A stretch of 32,000 bases of DNA from Synechococcus sp. A15-24 (GCF_014280195.1 NZ_CP047960.1:2070001-2102000); one strand, 5' to 3'. Positions 17,932 through 27,592 are shown, numbered from the stretch's first letter. The notes: generated by a model from the sequence alone, not told the origin. A program made the numbers and translations.

Positions 17932-19140
17932 ATGGCGAAGCGTTCCCTGGCCAGCCTTAACGCCGGCGACCTGAGCGGCAAACGCGTTCTCGTGCGGGTT
18001 GATTTCAACGTGCCCCTGAACGACGCCGGTGCGATCACCGACGACACCCGCATCCGCGCCGCCCTGCCCACGATCAACGACCTGATCGGCAAGAGCGCCA
18101 AGGTGATCCTGTCGGCTCACTTCGGCCGCCCCAAGGGTCAGGTGAACGACGCCATGCGCCTCACCCCCGTGGCCGCTCGCCTGAGCGAACTGCTGGGTAA
18201 GCCCGTAGCCAAGACCGACAGCTGCATCGGCCCCGATGCCGAAGCCAAAGTGAACGCCATGGCCGATGGCGATGTGGTGCTGCTGGAGAACGTGCGCTTC
18301 TTTGCTGAGGAAGAGAAGAACGAAGCCAGGTTCGCCGAGAAGCTTGCGGGCTTGGCTGAGGTTTACGTGAACGATGCCTTCGGCGCCGCCCACCGGGCAC
18401 ACGCCTCTACCGAGGGCGTGACCAAGTTCCTCAAGCCCGCTGTCGCCGGCTTCCTGATGGAGAAGGAACTTCAGTATCTGCAGGGTGCCGTGGATGAGCC
18501 CAAGCGTCCCCTGGCCGCCATCGTCGGTGGCTCCAAGGTGAGCTCTAAAATCGGCGTGCTCGAGGCACTGATCGACAAGTGCGACAAGGTGCTGATCGGC
18601 GGCGGCATGATCTTCACCTTCTACAAGGCCCGCGGCCTCTCGGTGGGCAAGAGCCTGGTGGAAGAGGACAAGCTGGAACTGGCCAAGGAGCTGGAAGCCA
18701 AGGCCAAGGCCAAGGGCGTTGAGCTGCTGCTGCCCACCGATGTGGTGCTGGCCGACAACTTCGCCCATGATGCCAACAGCCAGGTGGCTGATGTCACCGC
18801 CATCCCCGACGGCTGGATGGGTCTGGACATCGGTCCAGATGCGGTGAAGGTGTTCCAGGACGCCCTTGCCGATTGTCAGACCGTGATCTGGAACGGCCCC
18901 ATGGGTGTGTTCGAATTCGAGAAGTTCGCCACCGGCACCAACGCCATCGCCACTACCCTGGCGGAGCTCAGCGGCAAGGGCTGCTGCACGATCATCGGCG
19001 GTGGTGACTCCGTAGCAGCTGTGGAGAAGGCCGGTCTGGCCGCGAAGATGTCCCACATCTCCACCGGCGGCGGCGCCAGCCTCGAACTGCTGGAAGGCAA
19101 GGTGCTGCCTGGAGTTGCAGCCCTCAACGACGCCGCCTGA
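17932..19140 (+). CDS. pgk: Phosphoglycerate kinase
   Basis: 402 aa. 'RVDFNVPL', 'SHFGRPKG', 'LLENVRF...EEKN', 'GGGD' and other canonical PGK motifs. Confidence 0.95.
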   Translation: MAKRSLASLNAGDLSGKRVLVRVDFNVPLNDAGAITDDTRIRAALPTINDLIGKSAKVILSAHFGRPKGQVNDAMRLTPVAARLSELLGKPVAKTDSCIGPDAEAKVNAMADGDVVLLENVRFFAEEEKNEARFAEKLAGLAEVYVNDAFGAAHRAHASTEGVTKFLKPAVAGFLMEKELQYLQGAVDEPKRPLAAIVGGSKVSSKIGVLEALIDKCDKVLIGGGMIFTFYKARGLSVGKSLVEEDKLELAKELEAKAKAKGVELLLPTDVVLADNFAHDANSQVADVTAIPDGWMGLDIGPDAVKVFQDALADCQTVIWNGPMGVFEFEKFATGTNAIATTLAELSGKGCCTIIGGGDSVAAVEKAGLAAKMSHISTGGGASLELLEGKVLPGVAALNDAA

Positions 19141-19147
19141 TCGTTTC

Positions 19148-19504
19148 TCAGACCTGCTGCTTCCGGCGCTTCTTCTTCGGGCGCGCCGGTAGCCCAACGT
19201 CTTCCCTGACTTGATTCAGATAGGCCCGGCGGTCCTGCCTCAGGGACCTCCGGGCTTGTTTGTAGCGATCGCGGCAGTCCTTCAAGGCCCTGATGGACTG
19301 GGAGGAATCCACACAGCGCTGGCTGCGTTGCATCAGCTCGAGGCGCTGGTTGAAGGTCTGCTTAGACCAGTTTTTATGGGCTTGCACAAGATCCTGCACC
19401 TGGTCCTGCGAAGGTTTGGCTGCTGCCTGGACCGAGCGGGATGACTCCACCCCTGGCACAACCAACAGGGCCAGCAAGGCGAGAGAGAGGGCTGATCGCT
19501 TCAT
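19148..19504 (-). CDS. Small secreted/periplasmic helical Q/R-rich protein with polybasic C-terminus (hypothetical)
   Basis: The ATG at 19502-19504 gives '[22 protein letters not shown]', a signal-peptide-like start. The protein is 118 aa and ends '[12 protein letters not shown]'. The remainder of ORF 19148..19909 upstream was discarded. Confidence 0.5.
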   Translation of the reverse strand: MKRSALSLALLALLVVPGVESSRSVQAAAKPSQDQVQDLVQAHKNWSKQTFNQRLELMQRSQRCVDSSQSIRALKDCRDRYKQARRSLRQDRRAYLNQVREDVGLPARPKKKRRKQQV

Positions 19505-19577
19505 GGGCACAGCATTGGGTTTGACCTCACTGTGACGGGATCGTTCGACCAAGATCTGATTGCTTCGGGCCAAAGGG

Positions 19578-20459
19578 ATGACCAGATGTGACCTGAACCT
19601 CGGCTTCATCGGTCTGGGCGCGATCGGACGGCCGATGGCGGCCAACCTCAGCCAAGCCGGCTTCCAGCTCAATGTGCACACCCGTAGCCGGAGCGCTGAA
19701 ACGGCTCCTGAGCTTGCGGAAGCACGCTCTTGCGCCAGCCCGGCCGAAGCAGCCGAAGCCGTCGACGCTCTGCTGATCTGCGTCAGCGATGACCAAGCCG
19801 TGGAAACCGTGCTGTTCGGATCCGACTGCGCGGCCTCGACCCTCCAACCCGACTCGGTGGTAGTGGACTGCTCCACCATCGCTCCTGCAACAGCCATGGC
19901 CTGCGCCAAGCGCCTGGCCGAGAAGGGGATCCACTACCTCGATGCACCGGTAACCGGCGGCACTGAAGGAGCCAAAGCCGGAACGCTGACGCTGTTGGTG
20001 GGAGGTGATTCAACAGCGCTGGCCTGCGTGCGACCCGTGCTGGAGGTGATCGGCAGCACGATTCACCACTTCGGGCCTGTGGGTCGCGGTCAACAGGTGA
20101 AAGCGGTGAATCAGGTGCTGGTGGCTGGCAGCTACGCCGGCGTGGCGGAAGCGATGGCGCTGGGGAAGCGGCTCGACCTTCCTATGGATCAGGTGGTGGA
20201 GGCGTTGAAGAGCGGAGCTGCTGGCTCCTGGGCCCTCAACCACCGCTCGGCGGGGATGCTGGCGGGGCTCTACCCGCTGGGTTTCCGCCTGGCCCTGCAC
20301 CATAAGGACCTAGGAATCGCCCTGGAGGCAGCGGACAGCGTGCAGCTGGAGCTGCCGATCAGCCGCATGGTGCGACAGCTGGAGGCTGACCTGATGCAGC
20401 AAGGGCATGGCGATGAGGACGTCTCAGCGCTGCATCGACATTTTGCCACGAAACCGTGA
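19578..20459 (+). CDS. NAD(P)-dependent beta-hydroxyacid dehydrogenase (3-hydroxyisobutyrate dehydrogenase family)
   Basis: 'LGFIGLGAIGRPMAANL' Rossmann motif, 'LDAPVTGG..GA..GTL', 'GQ..K..NQ'. ATG at 19578 is preferred over TTG at 19560. Confidence 0.8.
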   Translation: MTRCDLNLGFIGLGAIGRPMAANLSQAGFQLNVHTRSRSAETAPELAEARSCASPAEAAEAVDALLICVSDDQAVETVLFGSDCAASTLQPDSVVVDCSTIAPATAMACAKRLAEKGIHYLDAPVTGGTEGAKAGTLTLLVGGDSTALACVRPVLEVIGSTIHHFGPVGRGQQVKAVNQVLVAGSYAGVAEAMALGKRLDLPMDQVVEALKSGAAGSWALNHRSAGMLAGLYPLGFRLALHHKDLGIALEAADSVQLELPISRMVRQLEADLMQQGHGDEDVSALHRHFATKP

Positions 20460-20480
20460 ATATATATATACGATTATGAA

Positions 20481-21236
20481 TCAGTATCGTGCCAACTCGG
20501 TCTCTGTGTCGACGACTCGTACTTGCTTGGTCGCTGTAACGACACCATCGGGGTGAATCAGCATCACAGCCCAGGCCTGAACGCCGGATTGCTGCGGCGC
20601 CTGCACCTGCTTGAACAACCCACCGCCACCAAGGGGGGCCAGCTGAACCAAGGGGGGCCTCTGCTCCAGCCGTTGATCCGGAGTGAGTTCGATCAGCCCC
20701 CCCGCCGCCACTGCCTGACCCAAGGGCTCATCAAAAATCACATCGATGTCGTATCGGCTTCCTGTGAGCACTGCAGTAGGAATCTGAAGAGTGATCGGAA
20801 GCTCATTCGCTCCACTGCGCAACAGCGACTGTTCCTCAAGCAACTCCTCCTCCACCATCACGCCAGCCTCAATCCGAACAGCCAGGACCTGAGACGCCTC
20901 CAGCCGATAGTTCTGGCCATCAGCCGTTCCGGATCCGCTGACGGCCACGCGCAACCGTGAACGACCATCGTCCAGCGGATCCATAGCCTCGACACGCCAA
21001 CGGGTTTCGGGGAAATCCGTCGCGAAACGGTCATAACGACGCTGGACGGTGCTGGTCAGATCGGGGCCTGTTAAGTGATTGAAATCGTCGGAGTCGCCGC
21101 TGTTGAGGGCCATCTCCAGACGGCTGCCGTAACCCTCCACAGCAGAGGGAGCCATGCCTCCAGCGGCCAGGAGCGGCGTGGGCATGACAGCAGCCCAGAC
21201 CAGGGTCAGCAGCGCTGCTCTCACTGAAGGCCTCAC
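20481..21236 (-). CDS. Hypothetical exported protein
   Basis: 251-aa ORF with host-like GC content. GTG start. N-terminus 'RPSVRAALLTLVWAAVMPTPLLAAGG' is signal-peptide-like. No family recognised. Confidence 0.55.
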   Translation of the reverse strand: MRPSVRAALLTLVWAAVMPTPLLAAGGMAPSAVEGYGSRLEMALNSGDSDDFNHLTGPDLTSTVQRRYDRFATDFPETRWRVEAMDPLDDGRSRLRVAVSGSGTADGQNYRLEASQVLAVRIEAGVMVEEELLEEQSLLRSGANELPITLQIPTAVLTGSRYDIDVIFDEPLGQAVAAGGLIELTPDQRLEQRPPLVQLAPLGGGGLFKQVQAPQQSGVQAWAVMLIHPDGVVTATKQVRVVDTETELARY

Positions 21237-21293
21237 CGGACAACCTCAAGGATCGACTTAAGTTAGGCCGCAAGAGCAGGCACGTCCGTCGCC

Positions 21294-22370
21294 ATGACCC
21301 GGCTTCTGATCGCCGCCAGCGGCACCGGTGGACACCTGTTCCCTGCCTTGGCAGTAGCGGAAGCACTTTCCGAGCGTTGGCAGGTGCGTTGGCTGGGAGT
21401 CCCGGACCGCCTCGAAACGCAGCTGGTGCCAGGCCGCTTCAAGTTGATCACCGTGAATGCAGGGGGCTTGCAAGGCAGCAAGCTGAGCAAGCTGTTTCAA
21501 CTGCTGCGACTGCTGGCTGCAGGGGTCCGCGTGGCCCGTCTGATCCGCAGGGAACGCATCCAACTGGTGTTCAGCACCGGCGGCTACATCGCTGCTCCGG
21601 CCATCCTGGCGGCCCGATTCTGCGGAGTGCCAGCTGTGCTGCACGAAGCCAATGCCATCCCCGGTCGGGTGACCCGGTTGCTGGGTCGTTTCTGCCGGGC
21701 TGTGGCTGTGGGCCTGCCTGTCGCCGCCGACCGGATTCCTGGCATTCGCCCCTTGATGACGGGCATGCCGGTAAGGGCTGATTTTCTGCAGAGCCAACCT
21801 TTGCCTGAATGGGTGCCTGAGGGTAGGGGTCCTCTGCTGGTGGTGATCGGTGGCAGCCAAGGGGCCGTGGGACTGAACCGCATGGTGCGAGCTGTGTTGC
21901 CGCCATTGCTCGAGCAAGGCTGCCGTGTGGTGCACCTCACCGGCCGCAACGACACCGAGGTAGGCCAGGTGCAACACCCGTTGCTGGTGGAGCAGCCCTT
22001 CAGCGACGAGATCCCTGGCCTACTGCAACATGCCGACCTGGCGGTGAGCCGTGCCGGCGCCGGCAGCCTGAGTGAACTGACGGTGTGCGGGACCCCCGCA
22101 ATCCTTGTGCCTTTCCCCCAGGCGGCGGATCAACACCAGGAGGCCAACGCCGCCTGTGCCGCAGAGCAGGGCGGGGCTGTGATCGTCCATCAGCACGAAT
22201 CGGAGGCAGCGGTGCTGCAGCAAACGATTCAACGTCTGCTTGGACATCGGCTGGGGGATCCCAACGCTGACCCTTCGCTGCTGCTCACCATGCGCGATGG
22301 AATGGAGCGGCTGGCCATCCGAGATGCCGATCAGCGCTTGGTGGATCTGCTGAAGAGCCTGCTGGATTGA
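21294..22370 (+). CDS. murG: UDP-N-acetylglucosamine--N-acetylmuramyl-(pentapeptide) pyrophosphoryl-undecaprenol N-acetylglucosamine transferase
   Basis: '[17 protein letters not shown]', 'GGYI..P', 'GGSQGA', '[10 protein letters not shown]...G.PAILVP' motifs. Confidence 0.9.
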   Translation: MTRLLIAASGTGGHLFPALAVAEALSERWQVRWLGVPDRLETQLVPGRFKLITVNAGGLQGSKLSKLFQLLRLLAAGVRVARLIRRERIQLVFSTGGYIAAPAILAARFCGVPAVLHEANAIPGRVTRLLGRFCRAVAVGLPVAADRIPGIRPLMTGMPVRADFLQSQPLPEWVPEGRGPLLVVIGGSQGAVGLNRMVRAVLPPLLEQGCRVVHLTGRNDTEVGQVQHPLLVEQPFSDEIPGLLQHADLAVSRAGAGSLSELTVCGTPAILVPFPQAADQHQEANAACAAEQGGAVIVHQHESEAAVLQQTIQRLLGHRLGDPNADPSLLLTMRDGMERLAIRDADQRLVDLLKSLLD

Positions 22371-22372
22371 CC

Positions 22373-23449
22373 TCAAGCCAGTGGCGCACGGCTCAGCTCC
22401 TTGCGCATCGCGCTGACGATGCAGCGATTGTTCCGCCGTGACTGCAGACCGATCCGGAGCCAGTTCTCTCCCAGCCCTTCAAACGAACGGCAATCACGCA
22501 GAAGGATCCTGTGGTGCAGCTCCAGCGCTTGGCGCAGGGGCAGCAGGGATCGGTTCGCCCGAATCAGCAGGTAATTCACTGCTGATGGCATGGGGGTGAT
22601 GCCAGGCAGCAACGCAAGCTGCTGCTGCATCCAGGCTCCTTCCCGCGCCACCCAAGCCTGCGTTTGCCGACACCAGCGCTGATGGCGACGGGGGGATCCC
22701 AACAAGCGTTGGCCAACGGCCATGGCAATGCCATTCACAGGCCAGGGATCGCGCCACTGAGCCCAGCGCTGCAGGCGTTCGGGCTGTGCAACGGCATACC
22801 CGAGCCGCAACCCGGCAATGCCATAGAGCTTGGTGAGGCTGCGGATCACCACCAGATTTCCGGTCTTGGCCACCAACGGAATCAACGACTGCTGCTCGCC
22901 CGCGGGCACCAGCGGCAGAAAGGCTTCATCGCAGATCACCAGACGAAACCGCTTCAGCAACGGTTCCAGAAATGCCCGACTCCAGAGCTGACCTGTGGGG
23001 TTGTGGGGGTTGCAGATCCACAACACCTCAGCCTCAGCAGGCGATGGAAAGGGTTGAGGACGATCACCACTCCAGGAGAGCGGCAGCTGGTGACGGATCC
23101 AGGACCCATCCCAACAACCCAGGGCTCGGCTGTAATCGGCGAACCCTGGCGATGGCACCAAGCTCAGGCCTGAACTGGCCGCATCTCGCGCCGCCCAGGT
23201 GAACAGTTCCGCCGCCCCGTTCCCCACCAGCAACAGCTCGGAGGGAACACCATGCAGCCGCGCCAGGTCGCATCGCAGCTGGTTATGACTGCGATCTGGA
23301 TAGTCACGGATAATCGATCGGCTGAGGCGAGGCAGACGCGGGGTCCAGGGCACGAGCGACGCACTGGCATCCAGCAGATCAGAGGGTCGGCAGCCGAGGC
23401 GCTCGGCGATCGAAGCTCGGTTGCCGCCGTGACGGTGCTCGACGTCCAT
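22373..23449 (-). CDS. cobD: L-threonine-O-3-phosphate decarboxylase-like aminotransferase (CobD family)
   Basis: The ATG at 23447-23449 gives 'MDVEHRHGGN..', the HGGN N-terminus typical of CobD. Also 'NPHNPTG' and 'IRSLTKLYGIAGLRLGY'. The 156 codons upstream in the same open frame are a secretin remnant, not part of this enzyme. Confidence 0.75.
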   Translation of the reverse strand: MDVEHRHGGNRASIAERLGCRPSDLLDASASLVPWTPRLPRLSRSIIRDYPDRSHNQLRCDLARLHGVPSELLLVGNGAAELFTWAARDAASSGLSLVPSPGFADYSRALGCWDGSWIRHQLPLSWSGDRPQPFPSPAEAEVLWICNPHNPTGQLWSRAFLEPLLKRFRLVICDEAFLPLVPAGEQQSLIPLVAKTGNLVVIRSLTKLYGIAGLRLGYAVAQPERLQRWAQWRDPWPVNGIAMAVGQRLLGSPRRHQRWCRQTQAWVAREGAWMQQQLALLPGITPMPSAVNYLLIRANRSLLPLRQALELHHRILLRDCRSFEGLGENWLRIGLQSRRNNRCIVSAMRKELSRAPLA

Positions 23450-23599
23450 CGCGACTCCCGATACAACCCAGAGACACCCCCCAGCGTCGCCCACCGCGCC
23501 CATGGCGATTCGAGCTGTCCTGCTGTTGTCGCTGGTGCTGGTCACCACCCCGAAGGCATGGAGCGCTGATGCCAAGGATCTGGTCCGAATACTGAAAAG

Positions 23600-24158
23600 C
23601 GGGCGCTGAACCAGCTGACGCCCTGCCGGCGTGCCAGGGCGATAGCCGTAACCGAAGCGACCGCCCTGCTCATCATCCAGAATGGTCGGCGTGACGATGA
23701 TTACCAATTCGTTCTTTTCCCGAGACGACGAGGACTGACAGAACAGCTGCCCAATCAGCGGCATGTCGCCAAGAATCGGCCATTTACGCACCTGCTGACG
23801 GTCCGAATCGGTAATCACACCCGTAAGAATCAACGACTGTCCATCACGGAGGCGGATGCTTCCAGACTCCAATTTTCGAGCCTGAATGTTGAAGATTCCG
23901 ACACCTTCTTCCGACACCTTCCTGCGTTCCGGCAGGAATCTGCACAGATATTTCAGGCTTCAGCTCAAGACTGATAAATCCATTGTCATCAATTTTGCTC
24001 ACCGAAAGATCAACTGTGAGGCCAGCATTCTCGCGAGTGTTCTGAAACTGTGTTGAACCATTGGCTGTTTCCGTAGCACTCACCCCTTTAATCACACTCT
24101 GGCCAGTTTCTACCATGGCGGCTTCCCCTTCCTGCACCAACAATGTGGGCTGGGCCAA
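23600..24158 (-). pseudogene. pilQ: Type IV pilus / type II secretion secretin (PilQ/GspD family), C-terminal domain remnant. N-terminally truncated and frameshifted.
   Basis: Two ORF pieces. '..AQPTLLVQEGEAAMVETGQSV..GLTVDLSVSKIDDNGFISLELKPEISV..' is at 23844..24158. '..IFNIQARKLESGSIRLRDGQSLILTGVI......VRKWPILGDMPLIGQLF......NELVIIVTPTIL' is at 23680-23900. They join perfectly if one 13-bp repeat unit is removed. Only ~540 bp, stop-ridden in all frames, separates it from pyrD, so the N0/N1/AMIN region is missing. Confidence 0.75.
23896..23921. repeat. Exact 13-bp tandem duplication TTCCGACACCTTC x2 (minus strand GAAGGTGTCGGAA x2) that frameshifts the secretin
   Basis: 23896-23908 equals 23909-23921 base for base. 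Both secretin ORF pieces contain 'EGVG' translated from the two copies. Confidence 0.95.
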
Positions 24159-24701
24159 TAGACACCACTTACAGGGAGCAGCAGCTCAAGCTGAACACCG
24201 ACCACATCACTATCAAAGAGAAGTTCCTCCAGCGCCTCGCTCATCGCCTTGCGCTGCATTGGCATGCCATCACGGCAGGCATCAGGGGGCCAATCAACGG
24301 ATCGCCAGTACCAGATCGACTTGTGCAGCCAGCAACAGATCAATCGACGCTCTGTGGCCAAAGCCAGAACTCGACGCACGCCAAGAAGACGCTTCAAGCC
24401 AGTCTGAAAAGCCTGAACCTGAGGAATTTCAACCAGGGACAGCGGACTCAATCAGACACATTGTTTTGACCCAGGATATCCAGATCGTAGCAAGAAGACA
24501 AGACAAATTTTATAGGCAATGCAGGCAACTCATTCACCTGGTTTTCATCAAAAAAATCTTTAATCGCGATCAACAATCAAATCACTCCACTCTTTGATTC
24601 TGAGTTAACGAAGCATAGTGAAATCAAAAAACGATCATCAATTCCTGATGGAGTCACTCCGCCAATCTTGAAGTAAGCCAATTGAATCTTTAACCCCCGA
24701 A

Positions 24702-25892
24702 TCAGCTTTCAGCATCCTCTGAACCGGGCAGCCAGGGCAAGCCACTGCCCACCGCTTCTGAGATGTTTCGCAAGCCATAGCGGTCCAACTGCAGCTGAAG
24801 CCCTTCAAGGATGCGAGGCACCAGATCCGGACCCTGGAAAATCCAGCCGGTGTAGAGCTGAATCAACGTGGCTCCGGCGGTGATCCTCTCCCAGGCGATC
24901 TCTGCCGAATCAATGCCTCCAACTCCGACAAGCGTTAACGCCGGACCGGCACTGGCCCGCAACCTGCGGATCACCTCCAGTGCCCTTAGCCGCAGGGGCG
25001 CACCACTGAGCCCACCCGCCTCCTCCGCCAGGGTTCGGCCGGTCTGCAACAACCGACGCTGCTCCAATCCCAGGCGATCCAGGCTGGTGTTCACAGCAAT
25101 CACCCCGGCCAGACCCTCCTCGAAGGCCACCCGGGCAATGCCATCAATCGCCTCATCCTCAAGATCCGGTGCGATCTTCACCAGCAACGGTGGACAGGCA
25201 GGCAAGCGACGCAGCCGCTCCACCAGCCGCCGCAACTGGCTGGAATCCTGCAGATCCCTCAGCCCAGGGGTATTGGGAGAACTCACATTGATCACGGCGT
25301 AATCCGCTAAAGGGGCCAATAGCTCCAGCGAAGAGGCGTAATCCTCAGGGGCCTGTTCCAACGCGGTGACCTTGGATTTACCGACGTTGATTCCCAGGAC
25401 TGCCGGGCGACGACCGGGGGGATCCAGCCGTTGACGTTCCAGGGTTCTACGCAACGCCTGGGCTCCATCGTTGTTGAACCCCATCCGATTGAGAGCTGCC
25501 TGTTCCTGAGCCAGGCGAAACAACCGGGGTCGGGGATTGCCGGGCTGGCCATGCCAGGTGACCGTGCCCACCTCCGCGAAACCAAAGCCAAAGCGATCCC
25601 ACAGCCCTGCCGCCACCCCGTTCTTGTCGAAACCAGCCGCAAGACCCACTGGGTTGGGGAAGCGGCAACCGAACAACACCTGCTCGAGCCGCAAATCACG
25701 GCGCTGCAGATCACCGGCCAGGCCCTCCAGCACCGTGGAGACCAGCGGCCACTGGCGCCGCAGCGACGCTTGTCCTAAGGCAGTCAGTGCTGTGCGGGAC
25801 AGCTGTTCAGCATCGAGCCCCTCGTCATTGGCGAGCACAGGCCCCAGCCAACGCTGATAGAACGCGCCGCTGCTGAGAGGGGATGGCGGCAT
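24702..25892 (-). CDS. pyrD: Dihydroorotate dehydrogenase (quinone), class 2
   Basis: 396 aa. '[15 protein letters not shown]', 'GFGF.EVGTVT...Q.GNP.PR.FR', 'NRMGFNN.G', 'GINVGKSK', '[12 protein letters not shown]' motifs. Confidence 0.9.
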   Translation of the reverse strand: MPPSPLSSGAFYQRWLGPVLANDEGLDAEQLSRTALTALGQASLRRQWPLVSTVLEGLAGDLQRRDLRLEQVLFGCRFPNPVGLAAGFDKNGVAAGLWDRFGFGFAEVGTVTWHGQPGNPRPRLFRLAQEQAALNRMGFNNDGAQALRRTLERQRLDPPGRRPAVLGINVGKSKVTALEQAPEDYASSLELLAPLADYAVINVSSPNTPGLRDLQDSSQLRRLVERLRRLPACPPLLVKIAPDLEDEAIDGIARVAFEEGLAGVIAVNTSLDRLGLEQRRLLQTGRTLAEEAGGLSGAPLRLRALEVIRRLRASAGPALTLVGVGGIDSAEIAWERITAGATLIQLYTGWIFQGPDLVPRILEGLQLQLDRYGLRNISEAVGSGLPWLPGSEDAES

Positions 25893-25901
25893 GGCGAACG
25901 C

Positions 25902-26648
25902 TCAGGACTGTTCTGATCCTGCCTCGCGACGATGCAGAGTCCAGCGACCCTCGTCCGCGGGGTGCACCTGCCAGTCCCGCCAGATCCAGGACTCCTGACG
26001 CTGCTCCAGCTGCTTGAGCGGGACTTCCACCAGCTGCGCCAGCTCCACCAGGCTGAGACTGAACCCTCCATCCGCCAACCGGTCCGCCAGCTCCAAGCGG
26101 CTCAACGACTGCACCAGCTGTTGTGGTGCCGGATCAGCATCGACATCGACTGCCGCAACGTCGCTCTCAACGGCTGGCTGGCCGAGATCCAACGAACACC
26201 CCTGGGAAAAAGCAACTGCGATCCGATCGACCCGGTCGTTGTCCGGATCACCGCTGTGGCCTTTCACGTAGGCCAGCGGCACATCATCCAGCCGAGCTGC
26301 ATCCAGGGCTTTCCAGAGGTCCTGGTTGAGAACGGGCTTGCCGGCTGCTGTCTTCCAGCCCTTGCGCTTCCATCCCTTCATCCAGGATCCGAGCCCATCG
26401 ATCAGGTACTTGCTGTCGGTGCGAATCGTCAGATCGGGATGGCGTGGCAGTTGTTTCAGCCGCTGCAGCAACTCCAGCGCCGCCTGCAGTTCCATGCGGT
26501 TGTTGGTCGTTGCCGGATCATGGCCGCCGAATTCCTCGACACTGCCATCTTCAAAGCGCAGCAAAGCGCCCCAACCGCCTGGACCCGGGTTGCCGCTGCA
26601 GGCTCCGTCGGTGGCAGCTGCCACCACTCGACCCCGTCCTTCAGCCAT
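25902..26648 (-). CDS. rnhA: Ribonuclease HI with a ~95-aa C-terminal extension
   Basis: N-terminal ~150 aa: '[15 protein letters not shown]', '[11 protein letters not shown]', 'IRTDSKY', 'W...GWK', 'VKGHSG...N...D'. The remaining ~95 aa have no recognised domain. Confidence 0.85.
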   Translation of the reverse strand: MAEGRGRVVAAATDGACSGNPGPGGWGALLRFEDGSVEEFGGHDPATTNNRMELQAALELLQRLKQLPRHPDLTIRTDSKYLIDGLGSWMKGWKRKGWKTAAGKPVLNQDLWKALDAARLDDVPLAYVKGHSGDPDNDRVDRIAVAFSQGCSLDLGQPAVESDVAAVDVDADPAPQQLVQSLSRLELADRLADGGFSLSLVELAQLVEVPLKQLEQRQESWIWRDWQVHPADEGRWTLHRREAGSEQS

Positions 26649-26698
26649 TGCTCCCCCTGCACTGGTTTCGGTACAACGTGGTTTCTCGCAGGCCCTTG

Positions 26699-27394
26699 AT
26701 GGGGCGAACCTACCTCCGCAGCCTGATCCTGGCCGCAGTTCTCGTTAGCGCAGCGGGATTATTGCCGGCGGCTCAGTCCGCCCGCGGCCTGTTCGACAGC
26801 AAAGCTCTCCAGCAGAACCGCTTCGCGGTGCTGGCCCAGCCGGTGGGACAGCGCAACTGGAAGCTGCTGGTGCTGGAGCAGATCAAGCAACGGCCCCGCT
26901 GCTGGACACCGCGGGCGGATGGTCTGGTGGATCCGACCCTCAACACGTTCAACTTTGCTGGAATCTGCAGCCGCTACCTCGACAGCAATGGCTATTCCCT
27001 CCGCAGCGGCGATGCAGACCTCGGCAGCCGCTTTCGGCTGAGCCTGCGGCAAAGCGGCAACAGTTTGCAGTTGCAAGCTTTGAACCCACGTCAGGGGGCC
27101 CCAATCGTGGTCGGTCGGGCAACGATTCCCAGGCGGGATCGCGACGGCTTCGTCCAGATTCAGCTGGATCCAGCCTGGCGACTGGAACGGCGTGTCTACA
27201 AAGGGCGCACCCTGAGCCACGTTTATTTCTCTCACCCCGACCCGGTGAACCGGCTCCTGGCCCGGGCAGAACGAGGCAGCGACGATGGATTCAGCCGGCT
27301 GGGGGCCCCAACGGCACCCATGGCCCCACGCATCAATCAGCGCATCGCAAGCGGCGAGCCCATTCGGCTGGACGTCATTCCTTACCGGCCCTGA
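26699..27394 (+). CDS. DUF3747-family exported protein (cyanobacteria-specific)
   Basis: The ATG at 26699 gives '[28 protein letters not shown]' (signal peptide). 'F..Q.L.Q..F...A.P', 'W.LLV.EQ', 'CW' and 'FNF.GIC.RY.DSNGYS.R' resemble DUF3747. The upstream part of ORF 26444.. is antisense to rnhA. Confidence 0.65.
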   Translation: MGRTYLRSLILAAVLVSAAGLLPAAQSARGLFDSKALQQNRFAVLAQPVGQRNWKLLVLEQIKQRPRCWTPRADGLVDPTLNTFNFAGICSRYLDSNGYSLRSGDADLGSRFRLSLRQSGNSLQLQALNPRQGAPIVVGRATIPRRDRDGFVQIQLDPAWRLERRVYKGRTLSHVYFSHPDPVNRLLARAERGSDDGFSRLGAPTAPMAPRINQRIASGEPIRLDVIPYRP

Positions 27395-27541
27395 GGCCAG
27401 CGACTGTCACAGTGCCAGTTGGCAGGCCGACCTGTTGAACCTGGGTATTCGGTCGCTCGCCCTTAGCTTTTGAAAGTGTGAGGAGTGCTGAATGCCTCTT
27501 CAGGGTCGAAACAAGGACAGACTCCTGAACGTGTTCCACTT

Positions 27542-27574
27542 AAAAAAAGCCCCTGCCTTCGGCGGGGGTTTTTT
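27542..27574. terminator. Bidirectional intrinsic terminator (A7 - GC hairpin - T6)
   Basis: AAAAAAA GCCCCTGCC TTC GGCGGGGG TTTTTT. The GC-rich stem is 27549-27568, with an A-run at 27542-27548 and a T-run at 27569-27574, so it is U-tailed on both strands. Confidence 0.75.
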
Positions 27575-27592
27575 ATTGAGCAGGTGTCCAAC

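Noticed and set aside
17893-19197. 434-aa ORF antisense to pgk. Similar long antisense ORFs: 12647..13783 opposite spoT; 3604..4653 opposite argS/nadC; 2718..3500; 25932..26699 opposite rnhA; 28072..28797 opposite rplJ; 21258..21977 opposite murG; 29082..29654 opposite rplA.
   Set aside because: Each lies opposite a gene with unmistakable conserved motifs. Their translations are Arg/Gly/His/Pro-rich and low-complexity with no family signatures. These are the expected stop-poor shadow frames of 60% GC DNA.
19265-19272. GCGATCGC (HIP1 palindrome typical of many cyanobacteria)
   Set aside because: I found only a single exact copy in 32 kb, so it is not a HIP1-rich genome feature and is uninformative here.
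20461-20470. (TA)5 microsatellite between the convergent dehydrogenase and hypothetical genes
   Set aside because: It is real in the sequence but very short. It sits in a 21-bp convergent spacer and most likely is just AT-rich terminator-region filler. No functional inference is justified.
22373-23917. 514-aa ORF taken at face value as one protein
   Set aside because: It is a composite. Residues 1 to about 106 are the C-terminal end of a frameshifted secretin. Residues 157-514 are a complete CobD-type aminotransferase starting at its own ATG with the HGGN motif. The linker has no recognisable content and overlaps a plus-strand sORF.
24699-24707. GAATCAGCT at the right edge of the secretin patch compared with GAACCAGCT at 23609-23617, considered as possible flanking direct repeats
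   Set aside because: The match is only 8 of 9 and does not coincide sharply with the composition boundaries. This is consistent with chance, unlike the 13/13 repeat of the mnmE island.
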